From a bacterium (GTDB taxonomy: Bacteria; UBA8248): a stretch of 64,000 nt of DNA. Below, piece after piece: positions 56,201-64,000 of the stretch. The position numbers and the translations under genes were made by a program. The stretch covers positions 1,120,001-1,184,000 of the forward strand of contig OZ241875.1 of assembly GCA_965203325.1 (NCBI GenBank), given 5' to 3'. The first letter of the stretch is position 1. Every line of letters begins with the position of its first letter. A model generated the notes under the pieces. That model ran no database searches, was not told the DNA's origin, and saw only the letters and a program-made list of their open reading frames with translations.

Positions 56201-57301
56201 GGGGATTTTCTTGTCCCGCAGGGCGGCGAGAACCTCGGAGGTGATCTCGAGGTTCGTGTCGAAGAGCACCTCGCCGGTTTCGGGGTCGGCCACCGGCTGG
56301 GCCAGAATGCCCCCGACGACTTCCTCGTCCTTGAGTTCCAGGATCTCCACGCCCGCAGACTGAAGCTTCCGAAGAGCGGCGCGCGTGAACTTGCGCCCCG
56401 ACCGCAGAACGAGTTCGCCCGTCTCGGGGAGGACGATGTCCTCGAAAATCCTCTGGTTCACCATGAGTTCGGAGAGTTTCTTGTAATAAGTGTCTCTCTT
56501 CTCGTCGTAGAAGAGTTCCTCGCTCTGGTAGAAAGAATTGAGAATATCGTCTTTATCCAGGCCGAACGCGCGCAGCAGAACGGTGACGGGAAGTTTGCGG
56601 CGCCTGTCGATTCGGACGAAGAGCAAATCCTTGCTGTCGAATTCGAAGTCCAGCCAGCTTCCCCGGTAGGGGATGAGCCGGGCCGTAAAGGCCGATTTGG
56701 CGGTGGGCTTCACCTTGTCCGCGCTGAAGAAGGCGCCGGGCGAGCGGTGCATCTGGCTGACGACGACCCGCTCCGTGCCGTTGATGATGAAGGTGCCGTT
56801 CTCCGTCATCAGGGGGATTTCCCCCAGGTATACCTTTTGCTCCTTCACCTCGCGGACGCGGCGCTCCTTGGTCTGCTCATCATGCTCATACACCGTAAGG
56901 CGCAGCATGACGCGCAGGGGCGCGACGTAGGTCATCCCTCTCTGGCGGCATTCATCCGCCTCGTGCTTTTGTCGGCAGAAGACCTCCACCCCGTCGTCGT
57001 CCTTTACGCCGGGGCCGCCAAGGCCGGGATATTCGTTGCCCTTCGACTCCCAGACGCCTATCTCATAGCCGAGGTATTCGAGCGTTACATTCTCGGCGGC
57101 ATCGGAGATGGGGAAGACGCTACGAAACACGCCCTCGAGACCCTCGTCCGTACGGCGTTCGGCGGGCAACACTTCCCATTGGAGGAATCGTTCGTAGGAA
57201 GACAGCTGAATGTCGATCAAATTCGGAATATCGATAACCGCAGGTATGGAGGCGAAATCCTCACGAACCCGACGGCCGTTCTTACCATTTTTTATATTCA
57301 T
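53255..57301 (-). CDS. rpoB: RNA polymerase beta subunit
   Basis: [31 protein letters not shown]. Confidence 0.98.
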   Translation of the reverse strand: MNIKNGKNGRRVREDFASIPAVIDIPNLIDIQLSSYERFLQWEVLPAERRTDEGLEGVFRSVFPISDAAENVTLEYLGYEIGVWESKGNEYPGLGGPGVKDDDGVEVFCRQKHEADECRQRGMTYVAPLRVMLRLTVYEHDEQTKERRVREVKEQKVYLGEIPLMTENGTFIINGTERVVVSQMHRSPGAFFSADKVKPTAKSAFTARLIPYRGSWLDFEFDSKDLLFVRIDRRRKLPVTVLLRAFGLDKDDILNSFYQSEELFYDEKRDTYYKKLSELMVNQRIFEDIVLPETGELVLRSGRKFTRAALRKLQSAGVEILELKDEEVVGGILAQPVADPETGEVLFDTNLEITSEVLAALRDKKIPKLAILYVSGVGADRTIRDTLTSDKCETQEDALVEIYKRLRPGDPPTKETARLLFENLFFNSKRYDLSRIGRLKLNTKLGLNLPLDQRTLTLNDVIATVRYIIELRHGQGVVDDIDHLGNRRVRSVGELLESQFRVGLVRMERAIRERLSIQDMENLLVRDLVNSKMITAAVKEFFGSSQLSQFMDQTNPLSEITHKRRLSALGPGGLTRDRAGFEVRDVHATHYGRICPIETPEGPNIGLIASLSTYARVNQYGFIETPCRKVVNGRVGASVEWLSAIDEDKYKIAQANAPVDDKGNLVNEFVSARTSGEFVMVPREQVDYMDVSPKQLVSVATSLIPFLENDDANRALMGSNMQRQAVPLLRPEAPFVGTGMEGIAARDSGAVVIAQCDGRVASVDATRIVIRATEQAGNLAEEGVYIHNLVKYRRSNQNTCINQKPIVHVGQEVQKGDIIADGFSTDQGELALGRNMLVAFMPWNGYNFEDAIVISEKVVKEDIYTSLHIEEFEIEARDTKQGPEEITRDIPNQSEEALRDLDESGIVRVGARVNPGDVLVGRITPKGETQLSPEEKLLRAIFGEKAGDVRDSSLRVPPGIEGTVVEVRVFSRRGAEKDVRMQQIEEAEINRLVKDYGDEIRILLDEGDARIRSLLIGQRALADVVRPRADERLFAKGEEFNAEGLASFSGDNLLNLPVDKALLAQIKVLSDHTNEQVELLESILEEKIAKLQRGDELPPGVLKMAKVYVAMKRKLQVGDKMAGRHGNKGVVSIIVPEEDMPYLEDGTPIEIVLNPLGVPSRMNVGQILETNLGWAAKVLGKHFATPVFDGATEQDIVRFTEEAELPPYGKTQLYDGRNGQPFEQKVTVGMIYMLKLHHLVDDKIHARSTGPYSLVTQQPLGGKAQFGGQRLGEMEVWALEAYGAAKTLQEILTVKSDDVSGRTRIYESIVKGENSLEASLPESFNVLMKELQSLALDVELIESGEAPS

Positions 57302-57395
57302 GTCGGCTCACCTCAAAAAAGTGGGGGCGATACGAGTAAAGCGCCGACCCCGCCGCGACCGGCAGGGATCGGGCCATCGGCATCCCGGGTGAGCC

Positions 57396-57779
57396 CTATG
57401 TGATTTCCACCTCCGCGCCTACCGCTTTGAGCTTATCGGCAGCAGCATCGGCGTCTTCCTTGGGAACCGCCTCTACGACGGCTTGGGGTGCGCTCTCCAC
57501 CAAGTCTTTCGCCTCCTTGAGACCAAGATTGGTCAGTTCGCGGACGGTCTTGATAACCTTGATTTTCTCTGAACCAAAAGCTTTGAGGGTGACGGTGAAA
57601 TCGGTTTGCTCCTCCGCCGCTTCGCCCGCGTCGCCGCCCGCCGCCATTCCCGCTCCGGCCACCATCATGGGCGCGGCCGCGGTTACGCCGAACTTCTCCT
57701 CGAGCTCCTTGACGAAGTCGCTCAACTCCATCACCGTCATGTTTTCAATGAAATCGATTACTTCTTCTTTGGTCGCCAC
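57396..57779 (-). CDS. rplL: 50S ribosomal protein L7/L12
   Basis: [27 protein letters not shown]. Confidence 0.97.
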   Translation of the reverse strand: MATKEEVIDFIENMTVMELSDFVKELEEKFGVTAAAPMMVAGAGMAAGGDAGEAAEEQTDFTVTLKAFGSEKIKVIKTVRELTNLGLKEAKDLVESAPQAVVEAVPKEDADAAADKLKAVGAEVEIT

Positions 57780-57889
57780 AATTCGCCCTTTCCTCGCAAT
57801 CGCAATAGACCATCGGCCAGATCAAGGCCATTTTATCTTGGAAATTTCGCTGTTTGCCCCCCTTCTAAGGGCAAACAGTTATATTACAC

Positions 57890-58450
57890 TTATTCTTTCT
57901 TTTTGGCAATGGCGTCGACGACATTTATGAGTTGGGAAACGACGCCGTTCAGAACTCTCGGCAGACCCGCCACGGGGGCCTGCAAGGCGGAGAGCAACAT
58001 CGAGAGCAGCACATCGCGCGAGGGCAGTTCCGCGAGCGAGTCCACTTCGGCGGTTTCCAGGAATCTGCCGTCCAGAACCCCGCCCTTGATCTCGCCGGCG
58101 GACTCTTTCTTCACGAATTCCTTGAGTATCTTGGCGGGAGTCGAGGGGTCGCCGTCGGTCGTCACGATGGAAATCGGTCCGACGAGCCTTCCCTGCAACT
58201 CCTCGAAACCCGTGCCTTCCACCGCGCGCTCGGTGAGCGAATTCTTGACGACGGAGAGCCGAACGCCCGCTTCGCGCGTTTGCCGCCTGAGCGCGGTCAT
58301 CTGCGCGACGCTCAGCCCGCGGTAGTCGAACAACACCAAAGAGGTGCTCTCGTTAAAACGAGTCTGGAGCACCTCTATCGCCTCGAGCTTATCTTCGCGG
58401 GGCGCCTTGCCCGTCGCCAGCCTCCCCTTCTCCACAACTGCTGTCGCCAT
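57890..58450 (-). CDS. rplJ: 50S ribosomal protein L10
   Basis: DYRGLSV, VVKNSL, LPSR. Confidence 0.96.
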   Translation of the reverse strand: MATAVVEKGRLATGKAPREDKLEAIEVLQTRFNESTSLVLFDYRGLSVAQMTALRRQTREAGVRLSVVKNSLTERAVEGTGFEELQGRLVGPISIVTTDGDPSTPAKILKEFVKKESAGEIKGGVLDGRFLETAEVDSLAELPSRDVLLSMLLSALQAPVAGLPRVLNGVVSQLINVVDAIAKKKE

Positions 58451-58462
58451 TTCAGGGCCTCC

Positions 58463-59167
58463 CTATTTCAATGCCGCGAGAAGAGACTGGTGGTCGACCT
58501 TCACGCCGGGCCCCATCGTGCTGGAGATGGTGAGGCCCTTGAAGTACACCCCCTTGCTCGCCGCGGGCTTCGCGCGAACGAGCGCGTCCACGACTGCAGA
58601 GATGTTCTCGGAGAGCGCCTTCTCTTCGAAACTCACCTTTCCGACCGGGGCGTGAATAATGCCCGCCTTGTCCACGCGATATTCCACCTTGCCCGCCTTG
58701 ATCTCCCGAACCATGCGGCCCACGTCGAAGGAGACGGTGCCGGATTTCGGGTTGGGCATCATGCCGCGCGGGCCAAGCACCCGCCCGAGCTTGCCCACGA
58801 CGCTCATGACGTCGGGCGTCGCCACCACGCGGTCGAACTCCATCCAGCCGCCCTGAATCTTCTCGGCCAGATCATCCGCACCCACGTACTCGGCACCCGC
58901 CTCTTTGGCCTCGGCCACTTTCTCGCCCTTGGCGAAGGCCACGACGCGCTCTTCCTTGCCGATGCCGTTGGGCAAAGCGACGCTTCCCCTCACCATCTGC
59001 TCCGCATGGCGCGGGTCGACGCCGAGTTTGGCGCTGATCTCGACGGTCTCGTCGAATTTCGCCGTCGATATCTCCTTCAACAAACCAACGGCCTCTGCGA
59101 GCGGAATCTGTTTTTCCCTGTCGATTCGCTCCCGGGCTTCTTTGTATTTCCTGCCGTGTTTGGGCAT
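58463..59167 (-). CDS. rplA: 50S ribosomal protein L1
   Basis: [32 protein letters not shown]. Confidence 0.97.
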   Translation of the reverse strand: MPKHGRKYKEARERIDREKQIPLAEAVGLLKEISTAKFDETVEISAKLGVDPRHAEQMVRGSVALPNGIGKEERVVAFAKGEKVAEAKEAGAEYVGADDLAEKIQGGWMEFDRVVATPDVMSVVGKLGRVLGPRGMMPNPKSGTVSFDVGRMVREIKAGKVEYRVDKAGIIHAPVGKVSFEEKALSENISAVVDALVRAKPAASKGVYFKGLTISSTMGPGVKVDHQSLLAALK

Positions 59168-59236
59168 TCGTCTGTCTCCTCCTTCGTGGTTCGAACGACG
59201 CCCGAGCCGGACGCCTCCCACCTGGTAAAATAAAAA

Positions 59237-59662
59237 CTACCCGCTGACCTCGATCCCCATGCTGCGGGCCGTACCCTCGATGATCCGGACGGCCCCGTCG
59301 AGGTCGGCGCTGTTCAGGTCCTCTTTCTTGATCTCCGCGATTTCCTCGAGTTGTTTGCGCGTCACGCTGCCCACGCCCTCGCGACCGGGCTCGGAGGAGC
59401 CTTTCGCCAGGGCGGCGGCCTGTTTGAGTAGAGCGGAGGCCGGCGGACTCTTCATGATGAAGGTGAAGCTCTTGTCCGCGTACACCGAGATCACGACCGG
59501 TATGATCGTGCCCTCCTTGCCCTGGGTCTGCGCGTTGAAGGCCTTGCAGAACTCCATGATGTTCACGCCCTGCTGGCCGAGCGCGGGACCGACGGGCGGG
59601 GCGGGGTTCGCCTGACCGGCCGGTATTTGAAGTTTGATGATGCCAACCGCTTCTTTCGCCAT
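59237..59662 (-). CDS. rplK: 50S ribosomal protein L11
   Basis: [20 protein letters not shown]. Confidence 0.98.
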   Translation of the reverse strand: MAKEAVGIIKLQIPAGQANPAPPVGPALGQQGVNIMEFCKAFNAQTQGKEGTIIPVVISVYADKSFTFIMKSPPASALLKQAAALAKGSSEPGREGVGSVTRKQLEEIAEIKKEDLNSADLDGAVRIIEGTARSMGIEVSG

Positions 59663-59764
59663 TTTTCCCTCTCGTAGCGACAAAGCCTGAGACTTGCCCG
59701 GGCTGCGCCTCGCTCTATTTCCCGGACGCGGCGAACGCCGCGCCCCCGATAAACCTTTTCTTCC

Positions 59765-60292
59765 CTATACCTTCTCCACCTGGAGCATCTCGAGTTCCAC
59801 GGGCGTCGCCCGGCCGAAAATGCTGACCATGACCTTGAGCTTTCCTCTGTCGGCGTGAACCTCGTCGATCTCGCCGGTGAAGTTCACGAAAGGCCCGTCT
59901 ATCACCCGGATGCTCTCGCCTTTTTCGAAATCGATCTTGGGCTTGGGCTTCTCGGCCTCTCCGCTCATCTGCTTGAGGATGTTTTCCATCTCGCCTTCAG
60001 AAAGGGGACTCGGCGCCGTTCCGCCCAGAAAACCCGTTACCTTCGGCGTGTTCTTGACGACATACCAGGTGTCCTCGTCGCACTCCATCTTAATCAGGAT
60101 GTAGCCGGGGAAGAATTTCCGGTTGGTCGTGCGCCTCTTCCCGCCCTTCACCTTCACCACCTGCTCGGTGGGAACCACGATTTCACCGAGTTTCTCCTCG
60201 TATTCCTTCCCGCGAAACTGCTCTTCGATCGAGCGTTTCACCTTGTTTTCAAAACCCGAATAAGTGTGCACCACGTACCAGTTCATGGACAT
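59765..60292 (-). CDS. nusG: Transcription antitermination factor NusG
   Basis: WYVVHTYSGFENKV, FFPGY, IFGRATPVEL. Confidence 0.97.
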   Translation of the reverse strand: MSMNWYVVHTYSGFENKVKRSIEEQFRGKEYEEKLGEIVVPTEQVVKVKGGKRRTTNRKFFPGYILIKMECDEDTWYVVKNTPKVTGFLGGTAPSPLSEGEMENILKQMSGEAEKPKPKIDFEKGESIRVIDGPFVNFTGEIDEVHADRGKLKVMVSIFGRATPVELEMLQVEKV

Positions 60293-60306
60293 GCCGGAAT
60301 CCTGAC

Positions 60307-60522
60307 CTAGAAGCCGAAATTGAGGAAATAGCTGACGGCTCGGGACAACGCCAAATCGACCAGCCCCAAATATATCGCAATGATGAAGACGAACACGAGG
60401 GCCATGGCGGTTTGCGCCGCCGTCTGGCGCATATCGAGCCACGTCACGCGCTTCGCTTCGCTTTGCACGTCACGCAGAAAGGTGCGCCCCTGATGAATCC
60501 AGCCCATCACCTTGTTATTCAT
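60307..60522 (-). CDS. secE: Preprotein translocase SecE
   Basis: FLRDVQSEAKRVTW plus one TM helix; upstream of nusG. Confidence 0.9.
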   Translation of the reverse strand: MNNKVMGWIHQGRTFLRDVQSEAKRVTWLDMRQTAAQTAMALVFVFIIAIYLGLVDLALSRAVSYFLNFGF

Positions 60523-60581
60523 GCATCCGCTCTCCGCAGCCGCTTACGACGTTTTCGAATCAAGGTCCGGCCCCGGGTTCA

Positions 60582-60658
60582 TGGCAGGCCAGGAGGGACT
60601 CGAACCCCCAACCGCCGGATTTGGAGTCCGGTGCTCTACCAAATTGAGCCACTGGCCT
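60582..60658 (-). tRNA. tRNA-Trp (CCA)
   Basis: AGGCCAG acceptor stem, CCGGA-CT-CCA-AA-TCCGG, GTTCGA, encoded CCA. Confidence 0.96.
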
Positions 60659-60699
60659 GTGAAAACCTTTGTTGTAGCGAAACGACCGCCTTGTCCGCT

Positions 60700-61878
60700 C
60701 TACTCGACGACCTCGGTGACGACGCCGGCCCCCACCGTGCGGCCCCCCTCGCGTATCGCGAAGCGTAGCTCGCGCTCCATCGCTATCGGCGTGATCAATT
60801 CCACGTCCAGCGACACGTTGTCCCCAGGCATTACCATCTCCCGCCCCTCGGGCAGCGTCACCAGACCCGTCACGTCCGTCGTACGGAAATAAAACTGCGG
60901 ACGGTAGCCGTTGAAAAATGGCGTGTGGCGACCGCCCTCTTCTTTCGTCAGGATGTACACCTCGCCCTTGAACTTCAGGTGCGGCTTGATCGACGCCGGC
61001 TCCGCCAGCACCTGGCCGCGCTCTATCTCGTCTTTCTTCACGCCCCGGAGCAGTACACCCACGTTATCGCCCGCCTGGCCCTGGTCCAGGAGCTTTCTGA
61101 ACATCTCCACACCCGTGGCGACGGTCTTCCTCGTGTCCGTGATGCCCACGATCTCCACCTCATCGCCCACGTTCACGATACCCCGCTCCACGCGGCCCGT
61201 CGCCACCGTACCCCGGCCGGATATCGAGAAAACGTCCTCCACCGGCATCAGGAACGGTTTATCCACGTCGCGGACGGGTTCGGGGATGTAGCCGTCCACC
61301 GCCTCCATCAAATCGTCTATCGAGGAGGTGTCCGTCCCCTCCAGGGCTCTCAGCGCAGAACCCGGCACCACCGGGATGTCGTCGCCCGGAAACTCGTAGG
61401 TCGAGAGAAGCTCGCGGACTTCCAGCTCCACCAGCTCCAGGAGCTCCTCGTCGTCCACCATGTCCACCTTGTTGAGATACACGCAGATGTAGGGCACCCC
61501 CACCTGGCGGGCCAGCAGGATGTGCTCGCGCGTCTGCGGCATCGGGCCGTCCGCCGCCGATACCACCAGTATCGCCCCGTCCATCTGCGCAGCGCCCGTT
61601 ATCATGTTCTTCACGTAGTCCGCATGGCCCGGACAGTCCACGTGCGCGTAGTGGCGGTTCTCCGTCTCGTACTCCACGTGCGCCGTCGCTATCGTGATAC
61701 CGCGTTCGCGCTCCTCGGGCGCCTTGTCGATCTCGTCGAACCCGATCTCCTCCGCCATCCCCTTCTGCGAGAGGTGCCTCGTGATCGCGGCCGTCAACGT
61801 CGTCTTCCCGTGGTCCACGTGACCTATCGTCCCCACGTTCACGTGCGGCTTCGTGCGCTCAAACTTCGCCTTCGCCAT
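60700..61878 (-). CDS. tuf: Elongation factor Tu (tRNA-linked copy)
   Basis: Same motifs; one residue differs from the other copy. Confidence 0.98.
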   Translation of the reverse strand: MAKAKFERTKPHVNVGTIGHVDHGKTTLTAAITRHLSQKGMAEEIGFDEIDKAPEERERGITIATAHVEYETENRHYAHVDCPGHADYVKNMITGAAQMDGAILVVSAADGPMPQTREHILLARQVGVPYICVYLNKVDMVDDEELLELVELEVRELLSTYEFPGDDIPVVPGSALRALEGTDTSSIDDLMEAVDGYIPEPVRDVDKPFLMPVEDVFSISGRGTVATGRVERGIVNVGDEVEIVGITDTRKTVATGVEMFRKLLDQGQAGDNVGVLLRGVKKDEIERGQVLAEPASIKPHLKFKGEVYILTKEEGGRHTPFFNGYRPQFYFRTTDVTGLVTLPEGREMVMPGDNVSLDVELITPIAMERELRFAIREGGRTVGAGVVTEVVE

Positions 61879-62109
61879 GACGCGAATTCTCCTTCTGTTG
61901 AATATTCAAAAAACAATTATCTTCATGGGGAGAGGAACCATTTCCTCTCTACCCTTGCCATTCCCGAAAAACGCGCCTTTATACCCGCTCGGCCGAAACC
62001 TTGTCCATCGCCAAAGGGAAACCATGCGAACCCGAGGGATTCCAGGGCGCTTCATGCGACTCGCAGAATAATGCACGAACCTCGAAATTTCAATGAACTT
62101 CGCCTGCCC

Positions 62110-62185
62110 TGGAGCCCACGACCGGACTTGAACCGGTGACCTCTTCCTTACCAAGGAAGTGCTCTGCCGGCTGAGCTACGTGGGC
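62110..62185 (-). tRNA. tRNA-Thr (GGT)
   Basis: GCCCACG stem, CTTCC-TT-GGT-AA-GGAAG, CCA end. Confidence 0.96.
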
Positions 62186-62365
62186 CGGCTACGCCCCGGG
62201 CATGCGAACATCATTTGTTTCAACCGGAGCAACCTCGGCGAACGATGACCTCCGGCATTCGCTCCGGGCGGATAATACAACTTATCCCGTCCAGAGCAAC
62301 CCCGGGAGCCAAAATCCACACGAATGAAACTCATATCAAGAAAAGGCGAAAGCCTCGAATCATCC

Positions 62366-62441
62366 TGGAGCGGGAAACGGGGCTCGAACCCGCGACCCTC
62401 AGCTTGGAAGGCTGATGCTCTACCATCTGAGCTATTCCCGC
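62366..62441 (-). tRNA. tRNA-Gly (TCC)
   Basis: GCGGGAA stem, TCAGC-CT-TCC-AA-GCTGA, CCA end. Confidence 0.96.
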
Positions 62442-62489
62442 TTCTGAATCCAAAGCGCCCGTCTCAAAGCGTCCCGACTATCTATCTGC

Positions 62490-62574
62490 TGGTGGGGAGG
62501 GGAGGATTCGAACCTCCGAAGGCTGAGCCGTCAGATTTACAGTCTGATCCCTTTGGCCACTCGGGAACCTCCCC
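62490..62574 (-). tRNA. tRNA-Tyr (GTA)
   Basis: TCAGA-CT-GTA-AA-TCTGA, long variable arm, CCA end. Confidence 0.96.
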
Positions 62575-62740
62575 GGAAAACCGCCGTTCATCAAAACAAC
62601 AACCACAAAAGCTATCAAAAAAACCTTGCGGGAACCATCGACTCCCCGAAGCCGTCACATCCACCGAAGCCCGTATGGAAAAACCGCAGACATTCTCCCC
62701 CGGATTTTCTCCGGCGAGGGCCGGGAGGCGCGTCCCGCCG

Positions 62741-62816
62741 TGGAGCTGGCGAGAGGACTCGAACCTCCGACCTGCTGATTACAAATCAGCTGCTCTACCA
62801 GCTGAGCTACGCCAGC
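62741..62816 (-). tRNA. tRNA-Thr (TGT)
   Basis: GCTGGCG stem, GCTGA-TT-TGT-AA-TCAGC, CCA end. Confidence 0.96.
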
Positions 62817-62831
62817 CCGCAAAGGCGGGTT

Positions 62832-62860
62832 AAATTAGGCCCACCGACGCACCTTGTCAA
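62832..62860 (-). promoter_or_regulatory. Sigma70 promoter of the tRNA-tuf unit
   Basis: TTGACA (62855-62860)-N17-TAATTT (62832-62837). Confidence 0.75.
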
Positions 62861-62950
62861 CCCCCTTTATCCCCCTGGAGAGAGCGAAACGCAAGGAGCG
62901 CGGGGTCGGGGGTTCGACCCCGGATATCAAGGCGCCCACGAGGGAGAGGC

Positions 62951-63715
62951 CTACACCTGAGCCGCGCCCTCGTCTTCCGCGCGATTCTCGCATAATCCGT
63001 GGAGCAGGATCGCCGCGGCGACCGAGGCGTTCAGCGAAGACACCACGCCCTCCTCCATGGGAATCCGCACGCGCACATCGCAATTCTTTAACACGAGCGG
63101 CCGCACGCCCCTGCCCTCCGCTCCGATCACCAGGCAGCAAGGCCGGGGCAATTCATCGACGCCCAGCGTTCTATCGCCTTGCGCATCCGCCGCCAGCGCC
63201 CAGTAGCCCGCTTCTTTGAGCGTCGAGACGGCGCGCGCCAGGTTCGTCACGCGCGCGAGCGGCACGATCTCCAGCGCGCCCGCGGCCGCCTTCGCGGCGA
63301 CGGGCGTGAGGCCCACGGCGCCATCCTTCGGCCAGACCACCCCGCCCGCCCCCAGAGCCGCCGCGCTTCTTAAGATAGCGCCGAAATTCCTCGGGTCCTG
63401 CACCCCGTCGAGCAGTAAAACGGGCGGAGCCGCCGCGGGTTGCGCTTCGATGAGATCATCGAGCGGGAGAAGCGGCGTGGGATGCACCTCCGCCACCAGG
63501 CTTTGATGCTGCGCCGTGGCGGCCATTTTCGCGAGTTGCCTGGAGTCGAGCGCATCGACGGGGATGCCGGATGACTCCGCGAGCCGCACCGCCTCGGCCA
63601 CCCGGCGGCTCCGGCGGCCTCCGGCAATGAGGAGCCGCTTCACCCGCTCCGGCCCGCGAGAGAGAGCCGCCGGCACGCTGTGCGCCCCGCAGACGTATTC
63701 GGGTTTGGGGTTCAA
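62951..63715 (-). CDS. rlmB: 23S rRNA Gm2251 methyltransferase (TrmH/SPOUT)
   Basis: LDGVQDPRNFGAILRSA, IGAEGRG, SLNASVA; follows cysS. Confidence 0.9.
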   Translation of the reverse strand: MNPKPEYVCGAHSVPAALSRGPERVKRLLIAGGRRSRRVAEAVRLAESSGIPVDALDSRQLAKMAATAQHQSLVAEVHPTPLLPLDDLIEAQPAAAPPVLLLDGVQDPRNFGAILRSAAALGAGGVVWPKDGAVGLTPVAAKAAAGALEIVPLARVTNLARAVSTLKEAGYWALAADAQGDRTLGVDELPRPCCLVIGAEGRGVRPLVLKNCDVRVRIPMEEGVVSSLNASVAAAILLHGLCENRAEDEGAAQV

Positions 63716-63786
63716 GGGTTATGCTCTTCGGTGATGGGATGAGACCCGGCGAGACCGCAACCTTCGGCCTCGCCCCCGCGCGGCGC

Positions 63787-64000
63787 TCACGGCACCCTTC
63801 GCTTCCAGAGGGTGCCGTCGGGGCCGTCTTCCAGGACGATGCCGGCCTCTGCGAGTTCCTCCCGGATCCGGTCGGCCTCCGGGAAATCCCTGCTCGCCCG
63901 CGCCTCCGCGCGTTTTTCGAGCAGGTTTTCTATCTCTTCATCGCGCAGGACGCCGTTTTGTTCCTCATCCCCATCCGAGGACAGAACGCCCGCGGTGCTT
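63787..64000 (-). CDS. cysS: Cysteinyl-tRNA synthetase, C-terminal end
   Basis: Hand translation ...[49 protein letters not shown]. Confidence 0.9.
   Translation of the reverse strand, partial: STAGVLSSDGDEEQNGVLRDEEIENLLEKRAEARASRDFPEADRIREELAEAGIVLEDGPDGTLWKRRVP

Noticed and set aside
60582..62816. tRNA-Sec or a suppressor tRNA among the five tRNAs
   Set aside because: Anticodons are CCA, GGT, TCC, GTA and TGT; none is TCA. UGA is also used as a normal stop in many genes here
62901..62922. CGGGGTCG-N6-CGACCCCG hairpin with GGTTCGA as a tRNA fragment or att site
   Set aside because: No cloverleaf, no match to the adjacent tRNA 3' ends and no integrase; probably a simple 3' hairpin of rlmB

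Overview
GC-rich bacterial chromosome segment with two halves. From about 28.9 kb to 64 kb (minus strand) is the core translation/transcription supercluster: cysS(3')-rlmB-tRNA Thr/Tyr/Gly/Thr-tuf-tRNA Trp-secE-nusG-rplKAJL-rpoBC-rpsLG-fusA-tuf, then the S10, spc and alpha operons. From 1 to 28.9 kb is accessory metabolism: an amidase, an ABC import operon, CinA, dehydrogenases, HMG-CoA lyase, a Na+-pumping carboxyl-CoA decarboxylase operon and alanine dehydrogenase. Main discovery: two ORF-track fragments (9040-9333 and 8776-8958) form one selenoprotein, with an in-frame UGA in D-U-G-S-C and a SECIS-like hairpin. It resembles the catalytic part of glycine/proline reductase selenoprotein B and is translationally coupled to a 351-aa partner of unknown function. 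It heads an operon with a CxxC-bearing family-5 solute-binding protein, an ABC transporter and an M20 amidohydrolase. This ~9.3-kb operon lies between two inward-facing copies of a terminal repeat (GGGNTGTTGAAAAA-like). The same repeat also bounds three ~200-250-bp nested palindromic elements with different REP-like interiors. No transposase, CRISPR array or rRNA was seen. All family calls come from motif recognition, not database searches.
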